A DNA stretch of 61,575 bases, counting the filler, from Nemertoderma westbladi (Eukaryota > Animalia > Xenacoelomorpha), in assembly GCA_032718475.1 (NCBI GenBank). It is 3 parts of 3 records of this genome, joined end to end, with 100 filler letters (N's around TTAATTAATTAA, not from the genome) between each part and the next. Parts side by side here need not be neighbours in the genome. Positions count along the whole stretch, not along the records: positions 45,950 to 61,575 come from JAUCBJ010004197.1; 2 more parts are not named here. One strand, 5' to 3'. Both the position numbers and the translations under genes were made by a program. Positions 45,950-60,900 of this stretch are shown here, piece after piece. The notes beneath the pieces are model-generated. The model did not search any database, was not told the DNA's origin, and saw only the letters and a list, made by a program, of their open reading frames with translations. Within the stretch, counting starts at the first letter, position 1. Each line of letters starts with the position of its first letter.

Positions 45950-48900
45950 CGATATATAAGTTGATCCGGTTCTACCGCACCCTGGGACTCACGTAGCTTA
46001 TATATAAGTTGATCCAGTTCTACCGCACCCTGGGACTCACGTAGCTTATATATAAGTCACTTACAGTTCTACCGCACCCGGGGACTCACGTAGCTTATAT
46101 ATAAGTTGATCCAGTTCTACCGCACCCCGGGACTCACGTAGCTTATATATAAGTTGATCCAGTTCTACCGCACCCCGGGACTCACGTAGCTTATATATAA
46201 GTTGATACAGTTCTACCGCACCCCGGGACTCACGTAGCTTATATATAAGTTGATCCAGTTCTACCGCACCCTGGGACTCACGTAGCTTATATATAAGTTG
46301 ATACAGTTCTACCGCACCCCGGGACTCACGTAGCTTATATATAAGTTGATCCAGTTCTACCGCACCCCGGGACTCACGTAGCTTATATATATAAGTCACT
46401 TACAGTTCTACCGCACCCTGGGACTCACGTAGCTTATATATAAGTTGATCCAGTTCTACCGCACCCTGGGACTCACGTAGCTTATATATAAGTCACTTAC
46501 AGTTCTACCGCACCCGGGGACTCACGTAGCTTATATATAAGTTGATCCAGTTCTACCGCACCCTGGGACTCACGTAGCTTATATATAAGTTGATCCAGTT
46601 CTACCGCACCCCGGGACTCACGTAGCTTATATATAAGTTGATCCAGTTCTACCGCACCCCGGGACTCACGTAGCTTATATATAAGTTGATCCAGTTCTAC
46701 CGCACCCCGGGACTCACGTAGCTTATATATAAGTTGATACAGTTCTACCGCACCCCGGGACTCACGTAGCTTATATATAAGTTGATCCAGTTCTACCGCA
46801 CCCCGGGACTCACGTAGCTTATATATATAAGTCACTTACAGTTCTACCGCACCCTGGGACTCACGTAGCTTATATATAAGTTGATCCAGTTCTACCGCAC
46901 CCTGGGACTCACGTAGCTTATATATAAGTCACTTACAGTTCTACCGCACCCGGGGACTCACGTAGCTTATATATAAGTTGATCCAGTTCTACCGCACCCT
47001 GGGACTCACGTAGCTTATATATAAGTTGATCCAGTTCTACCGCACCCCGGGACTCACGTAGCTTATATATAAGTTGATACAGTTCTACCGCACCCCGGGA
47101 CTCACGTAGCTTATATATAAGTTGATCCAGTTCTACCGCACCCTGGGACTCACGTAGCTTATATATAAGTCACTTACAGTTCTACCGCACCCCGGGACTC
47201 ACGTAGCTTATATATAAGTTGATCCAGTTCTACCGCACCCTGGGACTCACGTAGCTTATATATAAGTTGATCCAGTTCTACCGCACCCTGGGACTCACGT
47301 AGCTTATATATAAGTTGATCCAGTTCTACCGCACCCCGGGACTCACGTAGCTTATATATAAGTTGATCCAGTTCTACCGCACCCTGGGACTCACGTAGCT
47401 TATATATAAGTTGATCCAGTTCTACCGCACCCCGGGACTCACGTAGCTTATATATAAGTTGATCCAGTTCTACCGCACCCTGGGACTCACGTAGCTTATA
47501 TATAAGTCACTTACAGTTCTACCGCACCCCGGGACTCACGTAGCTTATATATAAGTCACTTACAGTTCTACCGCACCCCGGGACTCACGTAGCTTATATA
47601 TAAGTTGATCCAGTTCTACCGCACCCTGGGACTCACGTAGCTTATATATAAGTCACTTACAGTTCTACCGCACCCGGGGACTCACGTAGCTTATATATAA
47701 GTTGATCCAGTTCTACCGCACCCTGGGACTCACGTAGCTTATATATAAGTTGATCCAGTTCTACCGCACCCCGGGACTCACGTAGCTTATATATAAGTTG
47801 ATACAGTTCTACCGCACCCCGGGACTCACGTAGCTTATATATAAGTTGATCCAGTTCTACCGCACCCGGGGACTCACGTAGCTTATATATAAGTTGATCC
47901 AGTTCTACCGCACCCTGGGACTCACGTAGCTTATATATAAGTTGATCCAGTTCTACCGCACCCAGGGACTCACGTAGCTTATATATAAGTTGATCCAGTT
48001 CTACCGCACCCTGGGACTCACGTAGCTTATATATAAGTTGATCCAGTTCTACCGCACCCAGGGACTCACGTAGCTTATATATAAGTTGATCCAGTTCTAC
48101 CGCACCCTGGGACTCACGTAGCTTATATATAAGTTGATCCAGTTCTACCGCACCCTGGGACTCACGTAGCTTATATATAAGTTGATCCAGTTCTACCGCA
48201 CCCTGGGACTCACGTAGCTTATATATAAGTTGATCCAGTTCTACCGCACCCCGGGACTCACGTAGCTTATATATAAGTTGATCCAGTTCTACCGCACCCC
48301 GGGACTCACGTAGCTTATATATAAGTTGACCCAGTTCTACCGCACCCTGGGACTCACGTAGCTTATATATAAGTTGATCCAGTTCTACCGCACCCTGGGA
48401 CTCACGTAGCTTATATATAAGTTGATCCAGTTCTACCGCACCCTGGGACTCACGTAGCTTATATATAAGTTGATCCAGTTCTACCGCACCCTGGGACTCA
48501 CGTAGCTTATATATAAGTTGATCCAGTTCTACCGCACCCTGGGACTCACGTAGCTTATATATAAGTTGATCCGGTTCTACCGCACCCCGGGACTCACGTA
48601 GCTTATATATAAGTTGATCCAGTTCTACCGCACCCCGGGACTCACGTAGCTTATATATAAGTTGATCCAGTTCTACCGCACCCCGGGACTCACGTAGCTT
48701 ATATATAAGTTGATCCAGTTCTACCGCACCCCGGGACTCACGTAGCTTATATATAAGTTGATCCAGTTCTACCGCACCCTGGGACTCACGTAGCTTATAT
48801 ATAAGTCACTTACAGTTCTACCGCACCCTGGGACTCACGTAGCTTATATATAAGTCACTTACAGTTCTACCGCACCCTGGGACTCACGTAGCTTATATAT

Positions 48901-51900
48901 AAGTTGATCCAGTTCTACCGCACCCTGGGACTCACGTAGCTTATATATAAGTTGATCCGGTTCTACCGCACCCTGGGACTCACGTAGCTTATATATAAGT
49001 TGATCCAGTTCTACCGCACCCCGGGGCTCATGTAGCTTATATATAAGTTGATCCAGTTCTACCGCACCCTGGGACTCACGTAGCTTATATATAAGTTGAT
49101 CCAGTTCTACCGCACCCCGGGACTCACGTAGCTTATATATAAGTTGATCCAGTTCTACCGCATCCTGGGACTCACGTAGCTTATATATAAGTTGATCCAG
49201 TTCTACCGCACCCTGGGACTCACGTAGCTTATATATAAGTTGATCCAGTTCTACCGCACCCAGGGACTCACGTAGCTTATATATAAGTTGATCCAGTTCT
49301 ACCGCACCCTGGGACTCACGTAGCTTATATATAAGTTGATCCAGTTCTACCTCACCCAGGGACTCACGTAGCTTATATATAAGTTGATACAGTTCTACCG
49401 CACCCTGGGACTCACGTAGCTTATATATAAGTCACTTACAGTTCTACCGCACCCGGGGACTCACGTAGCTTATATATAAGTTGATCCAGTTCTACCGCAC
49501 CCTGGGACTCACGTAGCTTATATATAAGTTGATCCAGTTCTACCGCACCCCGGGACTCACGTAGCTTATATATAAGTTGATCCAGTTCTACCGCACCCCG
49601 GGACTCACGTAGCTTATATATAAGTTGATCCAGTTCTACCGCACCCCGGGACTCACGTAGCTTATATATAAGTTGATACAGTTCTACCGCACCCCGGGAC
49701 TCACGTAGCTTATATATAAGTTGATCCAGTTCTACCGCACCCCGGGACTCACGTAGCTTATATATATAAGTCACTTACAGTTCTACCGCACCCTGGGACT
49801 CACGTAGCTTATATATAAGTTGATCCAGTTCTACCGCACCCTGGGACTCACGTAGCTTATATATAAGTCACTTACAGTTCTACCGCACCCGGGGACTCAC
49901 GTAGCTTATATATAAGTTGATCCAGTTCTACCGCACCCTGGGACTCACGTAGCTTATATATAAGTTGATCCGGTTCTACCGCACCCTGGGACTCACGTAG
50001 CTTATATATAAGTTGATCCAGTTCTACCGCACCCTGGGACTCACGTAGCTTATATATAAGTTGATCCAGTTCTACCGCACCCTGGGACTCACGTAGCTTA
50101 TATATAAGTCACTTACAGTTCTACCGCACCCGGGGGCTCACGTAGCTTATATATAAGTTGATCCAGTTCTACCGCACCCTGGGACTCACGTAGCTTATAT
50201 ATAAGTTGATCCAGTTCTACCGCACCCCGGGACTCACGTAGCTTATATATAAGTTGATCCAGTTCTACCGCACCCTGGGACTCACGTAGCTTATATATAA
50301 GTCACTTACAGTTCTACCGCACCCGGGGGCTCACGTAGCTTATATATAAGTTGATCCAGTTCTACCGCACCCCGGGACTCACGTAGCTTATATATAAGTT
50401 GATCCAGTTCTACCGCACCCTGGGACTCACGTAGCTTATATATAAGTCACTTACAGTTCTACCGCACCCGGGGGCTCACGTAGCTTATATATAAGTTGAT
50501 CCAGTTCTACCGCACCCCGGGACTCACGTAGCTTATATATAAGTTGATCCAGTTCTACCGCACCCCGGGACTCACGTAGCTTATATATAAGTTGATCCAG
50601 TTCTACCGCACCCTGGGACTCACGTAGCTTATATATAAGTCACTTACAGTTCTACCGCACCCGGGGGCTCACGTAGCTTATATATAAGTTGATCCAGTTC
50701 TACCGCACCCCGGGACTCACGTAGCTTATATATAAGTTGATCCAGTTCTACCGCACCCTGGGACTCACGTAGCTTATATATAAGTTGATACAGTTCTACC
50801 GCACCCTGGGACTCACGTAGCTTATATATAAGTTGATCCAGTTCTACCGCACCCCGGGACTCACGTAGCTTATATATAAGTTGATCCAGTTCTACCGCAC
50901 CCTGGGACTCACGTAGCTTATATATAAGTTGATCCAGTTCTACCGCACCCTGGGACTCACGTAGCTTATATATAAGTTGATCCAGTTCTACCGCACCCCG
51001 GGACTCACGTAGCTTATATATAAGTTGATCCAGTTCTACCGCACCCTGGGACTCACGTAGCTTATATATAAGTCGACTTCCAGTTCTACCGCACCCTGGG
51101 ACTCACGTAGCTTATATATAAGTTGATCCAGTTCTACCGCACCCTGGGACTCACGTAGCTTATATATAAGTTGATCCAGTTCTACCGCACCCTGGGACTC
51201 ACGTAGCTTATATATAAGTTGATCCAGTTCTACCGCACCCCGGGACTCACGTAGCTTATATATAAGTTGATCCAGTTCTACCGCACCCTGGGACTCACGT
51301 AGCTTATATATAAGTTGATCCAGTTCTACCGCACCCCGGGACTCACGTAGCTTATATATAAGTTGATCCAGTTCTACCGCACCCTGGGACTCACGTAGCT
51401 TATATATAAGTTGATCCAGTTCTACCGCACCCTGGGACTCACGTAGCTTATATATAAGTTGATCCAGTTCTACCGCACCCTGGGACTCACGTAGCTTATA
51501 TATAAGTTGATCCAGTTCTACCGCACCCTGGGACTCACGTAGCTTATATATAAGTTGATCCAGTTCTACCGCACCCTGGGACTCACGTAGCTTATATATA
51601 AGTTGATCCAGTTCTACCGCACCCTGGGACTCACGTAGCTTATATATAAGTTGATCCAGTTCTACCGCACCCTGGGACTCACGTAGCTTATATATAAGTT
51701 GATCCAGTTCTACCGCACCCTGGGACTCACGTAGCTTATATATAAGTTGATCCAGTTCTACCGCACCCTGGGACTCACGTAGCTTATATATAAGTTGATC
51801 CAGTTCTACCGCACCCTGGGACTCACGTAGCTTATATATAAGTTGATCCAGTTCTACCGCACCCTGGGACTCACGTAGCTTATATATAAGTTGATCCAGT

Positions 51901-54900
51901 TCTACCGCACCCTGGGACTCACGTAGCTTATATATAAGTTGATCCAGTTCTACCGCACCCTGGGACTCACGTAGCTTATATATAAGTTGATCCAGTTCTA
52001 CCGCACCCTGGGACTCACGTAGCTTATATATAAGTTGATCCAGTTCTACCGCACCCTGGGACTCACGTAGCTTATATATAAGTTGATCCAGTTCTACCGC
52101 ACCCTGGGACTCACGTAGCTTATATATAAGTTGATCCAGTTCTACCGCACCCTGGGACTCACGTAGCTTATATATAAGTTGATCCAGTTCTACCGCACCC
52201 TGGGACTCACGTAGCTTATATATAAGTTGATCCAGTTCTACCGCACCCTGGGACTCACGTAGCTTATATATAAGTTGATCCAGTTCTACCGCACCCTGGG
52301 ACTCACGTAGCTTATATATAAGTTGATCCAGTTCTACCGCACCCTGGGACTCACGTAGCTTATATATAAGTTGATCCAGTTCTACCGCACCCTGGGACTC
52401 ACGTAGCTTATATATAAGTTGATCCAGTTCTACCGCACCCTGGGACTCACGTAGCTTATATATAAGTTGATCCAGTTCTACCGCACCCTGGGACTCACGT
52501 AGCTTATATATAAGTTGATCCAGTTCTACCGCACCCTGGGACTCACGTAGCTTATATATAAGTTGATCCAGTTCTACCGCACCCTGGGACTCACGTAGCT
52601 TATATATAAGTTGATCCAGTTCTACCGCACCCTGGGACTCACGTAGCTTATATATAAGTTGATCCAGTTCTACCGCACCCTGGGACTCACGTAGCTTATA
52701 TATAAGTTGATCCAGTTCTACCGCACCCTGGGACTCACGTAGCTTATATATAAGTTGATCCAGTTCTACCGCACCCTGGGACTCACGTAGCTTATATATA
52801 AGTTGATCCAGTTCTACCGCACCCTGGGACTCACGTAGCTTATATATAAGTTGATCCAGTTCTACCGCACCCTGGGACTCACGTAGCTTATATATAAGTT
52901 GATCCAGTTCTACCGCACCCTGGGACTCACGTAGCTTATATATAAGTTGATCCAGTTCTACCGCACCCTGGGACTCACGTAGCTTATATATAAGTTGATC
53001 CAGTTCTACCGCACCCCGGGACTCACGTAGCTTATATATAAGTTGATCCAGTTCTACCGCACCCTGGGACTCACGTAGCTTATATATAAGTTGATACAGT
53101 TCTACCGCACCCTGGGACTCACGTAGCTTATATATAAGTTGATCCAGTTCTACCGCACCCTGGGACTCACGTAGCTTATATATAAGTTGATCCAGTTCTA
53201 CCGCACCCCGGGACTCACGTAGCTTATATATAAGTTGATCCAGTTCTACCGCACCCTGGGACTCACGTAGCTTATATATAAGTTGATCCAGTTCTACCGC
53301 ACCCTGGGACTCACGTAGCTTATATATAAGTTGATCCAGTTCTACCGCACCCTGGGACTCACGTAGCTTATATATAAGTTGATACAGTTCTACCGCACCC
53401 TGGGACTCACGTAGCTTATATATAAGTTGATACAGTTCTACCGCACCCTGGGACTCACGTAGCTTATATATAAGTTGATCCAGTTCTACCGCACCCTGGG
53501 ACTCACGTAGCTTATATATAAGTTGATACAGTTCTACCGCACCCTGGGACTCACGTAGCTTATATATAAGTTGATACAGTTCTACCGCACCCTGGGACTC
53601 ACGTAGCTTATATATAAGTTGATCCAGTTCTACCGCACCCCGGGACTCACGTAGCTTATATATAAGTTGATCCAGTTCTACCGCACCCTGGGACTCGCGT
53701 AGCTTATATATAAGTTGATCCAGTTCTACCGCACCCTGGGACTCACGTAGCTTATATATAAGTTGATCCAGTTCTACCGCACCCTGGGACTCACGTAGCT
53801 TATATATAAGTTGATACAGTTCTACCGCACCCTGGGACTCACGTAGCTTATATATAAGTTACTTACAGTTCTACCGCACCCTGGGACTCACGTAGCTTAT
53901 ATATAAGTTGATCCAGTTCTACCGCACCCCGGGACTCACGTAGCTTATATATAAGTTGATCCAGTTCTACCGCACCCTGGGACTCGCGTAGCTTATATAT
54001 AAGTTGATCCAGTTCTACCGCACCCTGGGACTCACGTAGCTTATATATAAGTCACTTACAGTTCTACCGCACCCCGGGACTCACGTAGCTTATATATAAG
54101 TTGATCCCGTTCTACCGCACCCCGGGACTCACGTAGCTTATATATAAGTTGATCCGGTTCTACCGCACCCTGGGACTCACGTAGCTTATATATATAAGTC
54201 ACTTACAGTTCTACCGCACCCAGGGACTCACGTAGCTTATATATAAGTTGATCCAGTTCTACCGCACCCTGGGACTCACGTAGCTTATATATAAGTTGAT
54301 CCAGTTCTACCGCACCCTGGGACTCACGTAGCTTATATATAAGTTCATCCAGTTCTACCGCACCCTGGGACTCACGTAGCTTATATATAAGTTGATCCAG
54401 TTCTACCGCACCCTGGGACTCACGTAGCTTATATATAAGTTGATCCAGTTCTACCGCACCCCGGGACTCACGTAGCTTATATATAAGTTGATCCAGTTCT
54501 ACCGCACCCTGGGACTCACGTAGCTTATATATAAGTTGATACAGTTCTACCGCACCCTGGGACTCACGTAGCTTATATATAAGTTGATACAGTTCTACCG
54601 CACCCTGGGACTCACGTAGCTTATATATAAGTTGATCCAGTTCTACCGCACCCCGGGACTCACGTAGCTTATATATAAGTTGATCCAGTTCTACCGCACC
54701 CTGGGACTCGCGTAGCTTATATATAAGTTGATCCAGTTCTACCGCACCCTGGGACTCACGTAGCTTATATATAAGTTGATCCAGTTCTACCGCACCCTGG
54801 GACTCACGTAGCTTATATATAAGTTGATACAGTTCTACCGCACCCTGGGACTCACGTAGCTTATATATAAGTTGATACAGTTCTACCGCACCCTGGGACT

Positions 54901-57900
54901 CACGTAGCTTATATATAAGTTGATCCAGTTCTACCGCACCCGGGGACTCACGTAGCTTATATATAAGTTGATCCAGTTCTACCGCACCCTGGGACTCACG
55001 TAGCTTATATATAAGTTGATCCGGTTCTACCGCACCCTGGGACTCACGTAGCTTATATATAAGTTGATCCAGTTCTACCGCACCCTGGGACTCACGTAGC
55101 TTATATATAAGTTGATCCAGTTCTACCGCACCCTGGGACTCACGTAGCTTATATATAAGTCACTTACAGTTCTACCGCACCCGGGGGCTCACGTAGCTTA
55201 TATATAAGTTGATCCAGTTCTACCGCACCCTGGGACTCACGTAGCTTATATATAAGTTGATCCAGTTCTACCGCACCCCGGGACTCACGTAGCTTATATA
55301 TAAGTTGATCCAGTTCTACCGCACCCTGGGACTCACGTAGCTTATATATAAGTCACTTACAGTTCTACCGCACCCGGGGGCTCACGTAGCTTATATATAA
55401 GTTGATCCAGTTCTACCGCACCCCGGGACTCACGTAGCTTATATATAAGTTGATCCAGTTCTACCGCACCCTGGGACTCACGTAGCTTATATATAAGTCA
55501 CTTACAGTTCTACCGCACCCGGGGGCTCACGTAGCTTATATATAAGTTGATCCAGTTCTACCGCACCCCGGGACTCACGTAGCTTATATATAAGTTGATC
55601 CAGTTCTACCGCACCCCGGGACTCACGTAGCTTATATATAAGTTGATCCAGTTCTACCGCACCCTGGGACTCACGTAGCTTATATATAAGTCACTTACAG
55701 TTCTACCGCACCCGGGGGCTCACGTAGCTTATATATAAGTTGATCCAGTTCTACCGCACCCCGGGACTCACGTAGCTTATATATAAGTTGATCCAGTTCT
55801 ACCGCACCCCGGGACTCACGTAGCTTATATATAAGTTGATACAGTTCTACCGCACCCTGGAACTCACGTAGCTTATATATAAGTTGATCCAGTTCTACCG
55901 CACCCCGGGACTCACGTAGCTTATATATAAGTTGATCCAGTTCTACCGCACCCTGGAACTCACGTAGCTTATATATAAGTTGATCCAGTTCTACCGCACC
56001 CTGGGACTCACGTAGCTTATATATAAGTTGATCCAGTTCTACCGCACCCCGGGACTCACGTAGCTTATATATAAGTTGATCCAGTTCTACCGCACCCCGG
56101 GACTCACGTAGCTTATATATAAGTCACTTACAGTTCTACCGCACCCGGGGGCTCACGTAGCTTATATATAAGTTGATCCAGTTCTACCGCACCCTGGAAC
56201 TCACGTAGCTTATATATAAGTTGATCCAGTTCTACCGCACCCTGGGACTCACGTAGCTTATATATAAGTTGATCCAGTTCTACCGCACCCCGGGACTCAC
56301 GTAGCTTATATATAAGTTGATCCAGTTCTACCGCACCCCGGGACTCACGTAGCTTATATATAAGTCACTTACAGTTCTACCGCACCCGGGGGCTCACGTA
56401 GCTTATATATAAGTTGATCCAGTTCTACCGCACCCTGGGACTCACGTAGCTTATATATAAGTCACTTACAGTTCTACCGCACCCGGGGGCTCACGTAGCT
56501 TATATATAAGTTGATCCAGTTCTACCGCACCCGGGGACTCACGTAGCTTATATATAAGTTGATCCAGTTCTACCGCACCCCGGGACTCACGTAGCTTATA
56601 TATAAGTTGATCCAGTTCTACCGCACCCTGGGACTCACGTAGCTTATATATAAGTTGATCCAGTTCTACCGCACCCTGGGACTCACGTAGCTTATATATA
56701 AGTTGATCCAGTTCTACCGCACCCTGGGACTCACGTAGCTTATATATAAGTTGATCCAGTTCTACCGCACCCCGGGACTCACGTAGCTTATATATAAGTT
56801 GATCCAGTTCTACCGCACCCTGGGACTCACGTAGCTTATATATAAGTTGATCCAGTTCTACCGCACCCGGGGGCTCACGTAGCTTATATATAAGTTGATC
56901 CAGTTCTACCGCACCCTGGGACTCACGTTGCTTATATATAAGTTGATCCAGTTCTACCGCACCCTGGGACTCACGTAGCTTATATATAAGTTGATCCAGT
57001 TCTACCGCACCCTGGGACTCACGTAGCTTATATATAAGTTGATCCAGTTCTACCGCACCCTGGGACTCACGTAGCTTATATATAAGTTGATCCGGTTCTA
57101 CCGCACCCTGGGACTCACGTAGCTTATATATAAGTTGATCCAGTTCTACCGCACCCTGGGACTCACGTAGCTTATATATAAGTTGATACAGTTCTACCGC
57201 ACCCTGGGACTCACGTAGCTTATATATAAGTTGATACAGTTCTACCGCACCCTGGGACTCACGTAGCTTATATATAAGTTGATCCAGTTCTACCGCACCC
57301 TGGGACTCACGTAGCTTATATATAAGTTGATACAGTTCTACCGCACCCTGGGACTCACGTAGCTTATATATAAGTTGATACAGTTCTACCGCACCCTGGG
57401 ACTCACGTAGCTTATATATAAGTTGATCCGGTTCTACCGCACCCCGGGACTCACGTAGCTTATATATAAGTTGATCCAGTTCTACCGCACCCTGGGACTC
57501 GCGTAGCTTATATATAAGTTGATCCAGTTCTACCGCACCCTGGGACTCACGTAGCTTATATATAAGTTGATCCAGTTCTACCGCACCCTGGGACTCACGT
57601 AGCTTATATATAAGTTGATACAGTTCTACCGCACCCTGGGACTCACGTAGCTTATATATAAGTTACTTACAGTTCTACCGCACCCTGGGACTCACGTAGC
57701 TTATATATAAGTTGATCCAGTTCTACCGCACCCCGGGACTCACGTAGCTTATATATAAGTTGATCCAGTTCTACCGCACCCTGGGACTCGCGTAGCTTAT
57801 ATATAAGTTGATCCAGTTCTACCGCACCCTGGGACTCACGTAGCTTATATATAAGTCACTTACAGTTCTACCGCACCCCGGGACTCACGTAGCTTATATA

Positions 57901-60900
57901 TAAGTTGATCCCGTTCTACCGCACCCCGGGACTCACGTAGCTTATATATAAGTTGATCCGGTTCTACCGCACCCTGGGACTCACGTAGCTTATATATATA
58001 AGTCACTTACAGTTCTACCGCACCCAGGGACTCACGTAGCTTATATATAAGTTGATCCAGTTCTACCGCACCCTGGGACTCACGTAGCTTATATATAAGT
58101 TGATCCAGTTCTACCGCACCCTGGGACTCACGTAGCTTATATATAAGTTCATCCAGTTCTACCGCACCCTGGGACTCACGTAGCTTATATATAAGTTGAT
58201 CCAGTTCTACCGCACCCTGAGACTCACGTAGCTTATATATAAGTTGATCCAGTTCTACCGCACCCCGGGACTCACGTAGCTTATATATAAGTTGATCCAG
58301 TTCTACCGCACCCCGGGACTCACGTAGCTTATATATAAGTTGATCCAGTTCTACCGCACCCTGGGACTCACGTAGCTTATATATAAGTCACTTACAGTTC
58401 TACCGCACCCCGGGACTCACGTAGCTTATATATAAGTTGATCCAGTTCTACCGCACCCTGGGACTCACGTAGCTTATATATAAGTTGATCCAGTTCTACC
58501 GCACCCTGGGACTCACGTAGCTTATATATAAGTCACTTACAGTTCTACCGCACCCAGGGACTCACGTAGCTTATATATAAGTTGATCCAGTTCTACCGCA
58601 CCCTGGGACTCACGTAGCTTATATATAAGTCACTTACAGTTCTACCGCACCCAGGGACTCACGTAGCTTATATATAAGTTGATCCAGTTCTACCGCACCC
58701 TGGGACTCACGTAGCTTATATATAAGTCACTTACAGTTCTACCGCACCCTGGGACTCACGTAGCTTATATATAAGTTGATCCAGTTCTACCGCACCCTGG
58801 GACTCACGTAGCTTATATATAAGTTGATCCAGTTCTACCGCACCCTGGGACTCACGTAGCTTATATATAAGTTGATCCAGTTCTACCGCACCCTGGGACT
58901 CACGTAGCTTATATATAAGTCACTTACAGTTCTACCGCACCCAGGGACTCACGTAGCTTATATATAAGTTGATCCGGTTCTACCGCACCCTGGGACTCAC
59001 GTAGCTTATATATAAGTTGATCCAGTTCTACCGCACCCTGGGACTCACGTAGCTTATATATAAGTCACTTACAGTTCTACCGCACCCAGGGACTCACGTA
59101 GCTTATATATAAGTTGATCCAGTTCTACCGCACCCTGGGACTCACTTAACTTATATATAAGTTGATCCAGTTCTACCGCACCCCGGGACTCACGTAGCTT
59201 ATATATAAGTTGATCCAGTTCTACCGCACCCTGGGACTCACGTAGCTTATATATAAGTTGATCCAGTTCTACCGCACCCTGGGACTCACGTAGCTTATAT
59301 ATAAGTTGATCCAGTTCTACCGCACCCCGGGACTCACGTAGCTTATATATAAGTCACTTACAGTTCTACCGCACCCTGGGACTCACGTAGCTTATATATA
59401 AGTTGATCCTACTACTAGGATCGGCATGCTGCATTGCAGCTGCATTTTTAAGAATGCTGTGCCGGCTTGTCAACAAAATTGCACCGCCACAACTCCCTAT
59501 CACCCATGACATTTGCTAGATCATCCGCATCTTTAAGGCCAGTGTCCTTTAAGATGCGTCTCAAGAAAGTCATGGGCTGTCCACCATGCTTATTCACTCC
59601 ATGAGGCTGCCAAAGTACAAGATTATGCACTGGCTGGTCCTCACGGCGAAAGCAATGTCCTGCAAAGCGGAGGCGATTTTGTTCTAGTGTCAAGCTTGGG
59701 GGAACCAATGAGACACCTCCAATGTTATATAGTGTCTGGTTGGAGATGTGTGCATTGTACTTGACACAATGTACCCGGCGTAGCATTCTTGTGAATGTGC
59801 CATCCAGAGATTTGGTGTCCTCACCAGTTAGAGCCCAGCATGGACTCCCGTAGAGGAGTACTGGAACTACTGCTGCTCTAAATAATCGGACCTTAAGTTT
59901 CCGATTAATTCTAGGTGACTTCCAAATCTTGGAAAGCCTATTCAAGGCTGCCCATGCCTTTCCCTTACGTATTCGAAGGTCCTCACCTGACTTCCGGATC
60001 CAGTTGATCCAGTTCTACCGCACCCCGGGACTCACGTAGCTTATATATAAGTTGATCCAGTTCTACCGCACCCCGGGACTCACGTAGCTTATATATAAGT
60101 CACTTACAGTTCTACCGCACCCTGGGACTCACGTAGCTTATATATAAGTTGATCCAGTTCTACCGCACCCCGGGACTCACGTAGCTTATATATAAGTTGA
60201 TCCAGTTCTACCGCACCCCGGGACTCACGTAGCTTATATATAAGTTGATCCAGTTCTACCGCACCCCGGGACTCACGTAGCTTATATATAAGTCACTTAC
60301 AGTTCTACCGCACCCTGGGACTCACGTAGCTTATATATAAGTTGATCCAGTTCTACGGCACCCCGGGACTCACGTAGCTTATATATAAGTTGATCCAGTT
60401 CTACCGCACCCTGGGACTCACGTAGCTTATATATAAGTTGATCCAGTTCTACCGCACCCCGGGACTCACGTAGCTTATATATAAGTTGATCCAGTTCTAC
60501 CGCACCCTGGGACTCACGTAGCTTATATATAAGTTGATCCAGTTCTACCGCACCCCGGGACTCACGTAGCTTATATATAAGTTGATCCAGTTCTACCGCA
60601 CCCTGGGACTCACGTAGCTTATATATAAGTTGATCCAGTTCTACCGCACCCTGGGACTCACGTAGCTTATATATAAGTTGATCCAGTTCTACCGCACCCT
60701 GGGACTCACGTAGCTTATATATAAGTCACTTACAGTTCTACCGCACCCTGGGACTCACGTAGCTTATATATAAGTTGATCCAGTTCTACCGCACCCCGGG
60801 ACTCACGTAGCTTATATATAAGTTGATCCAGTTCTACCGCACCCTGGGACTCACGTAGCTTATATATAAGTTGATCCAGTTCTACCGCACCCTGGGACTC

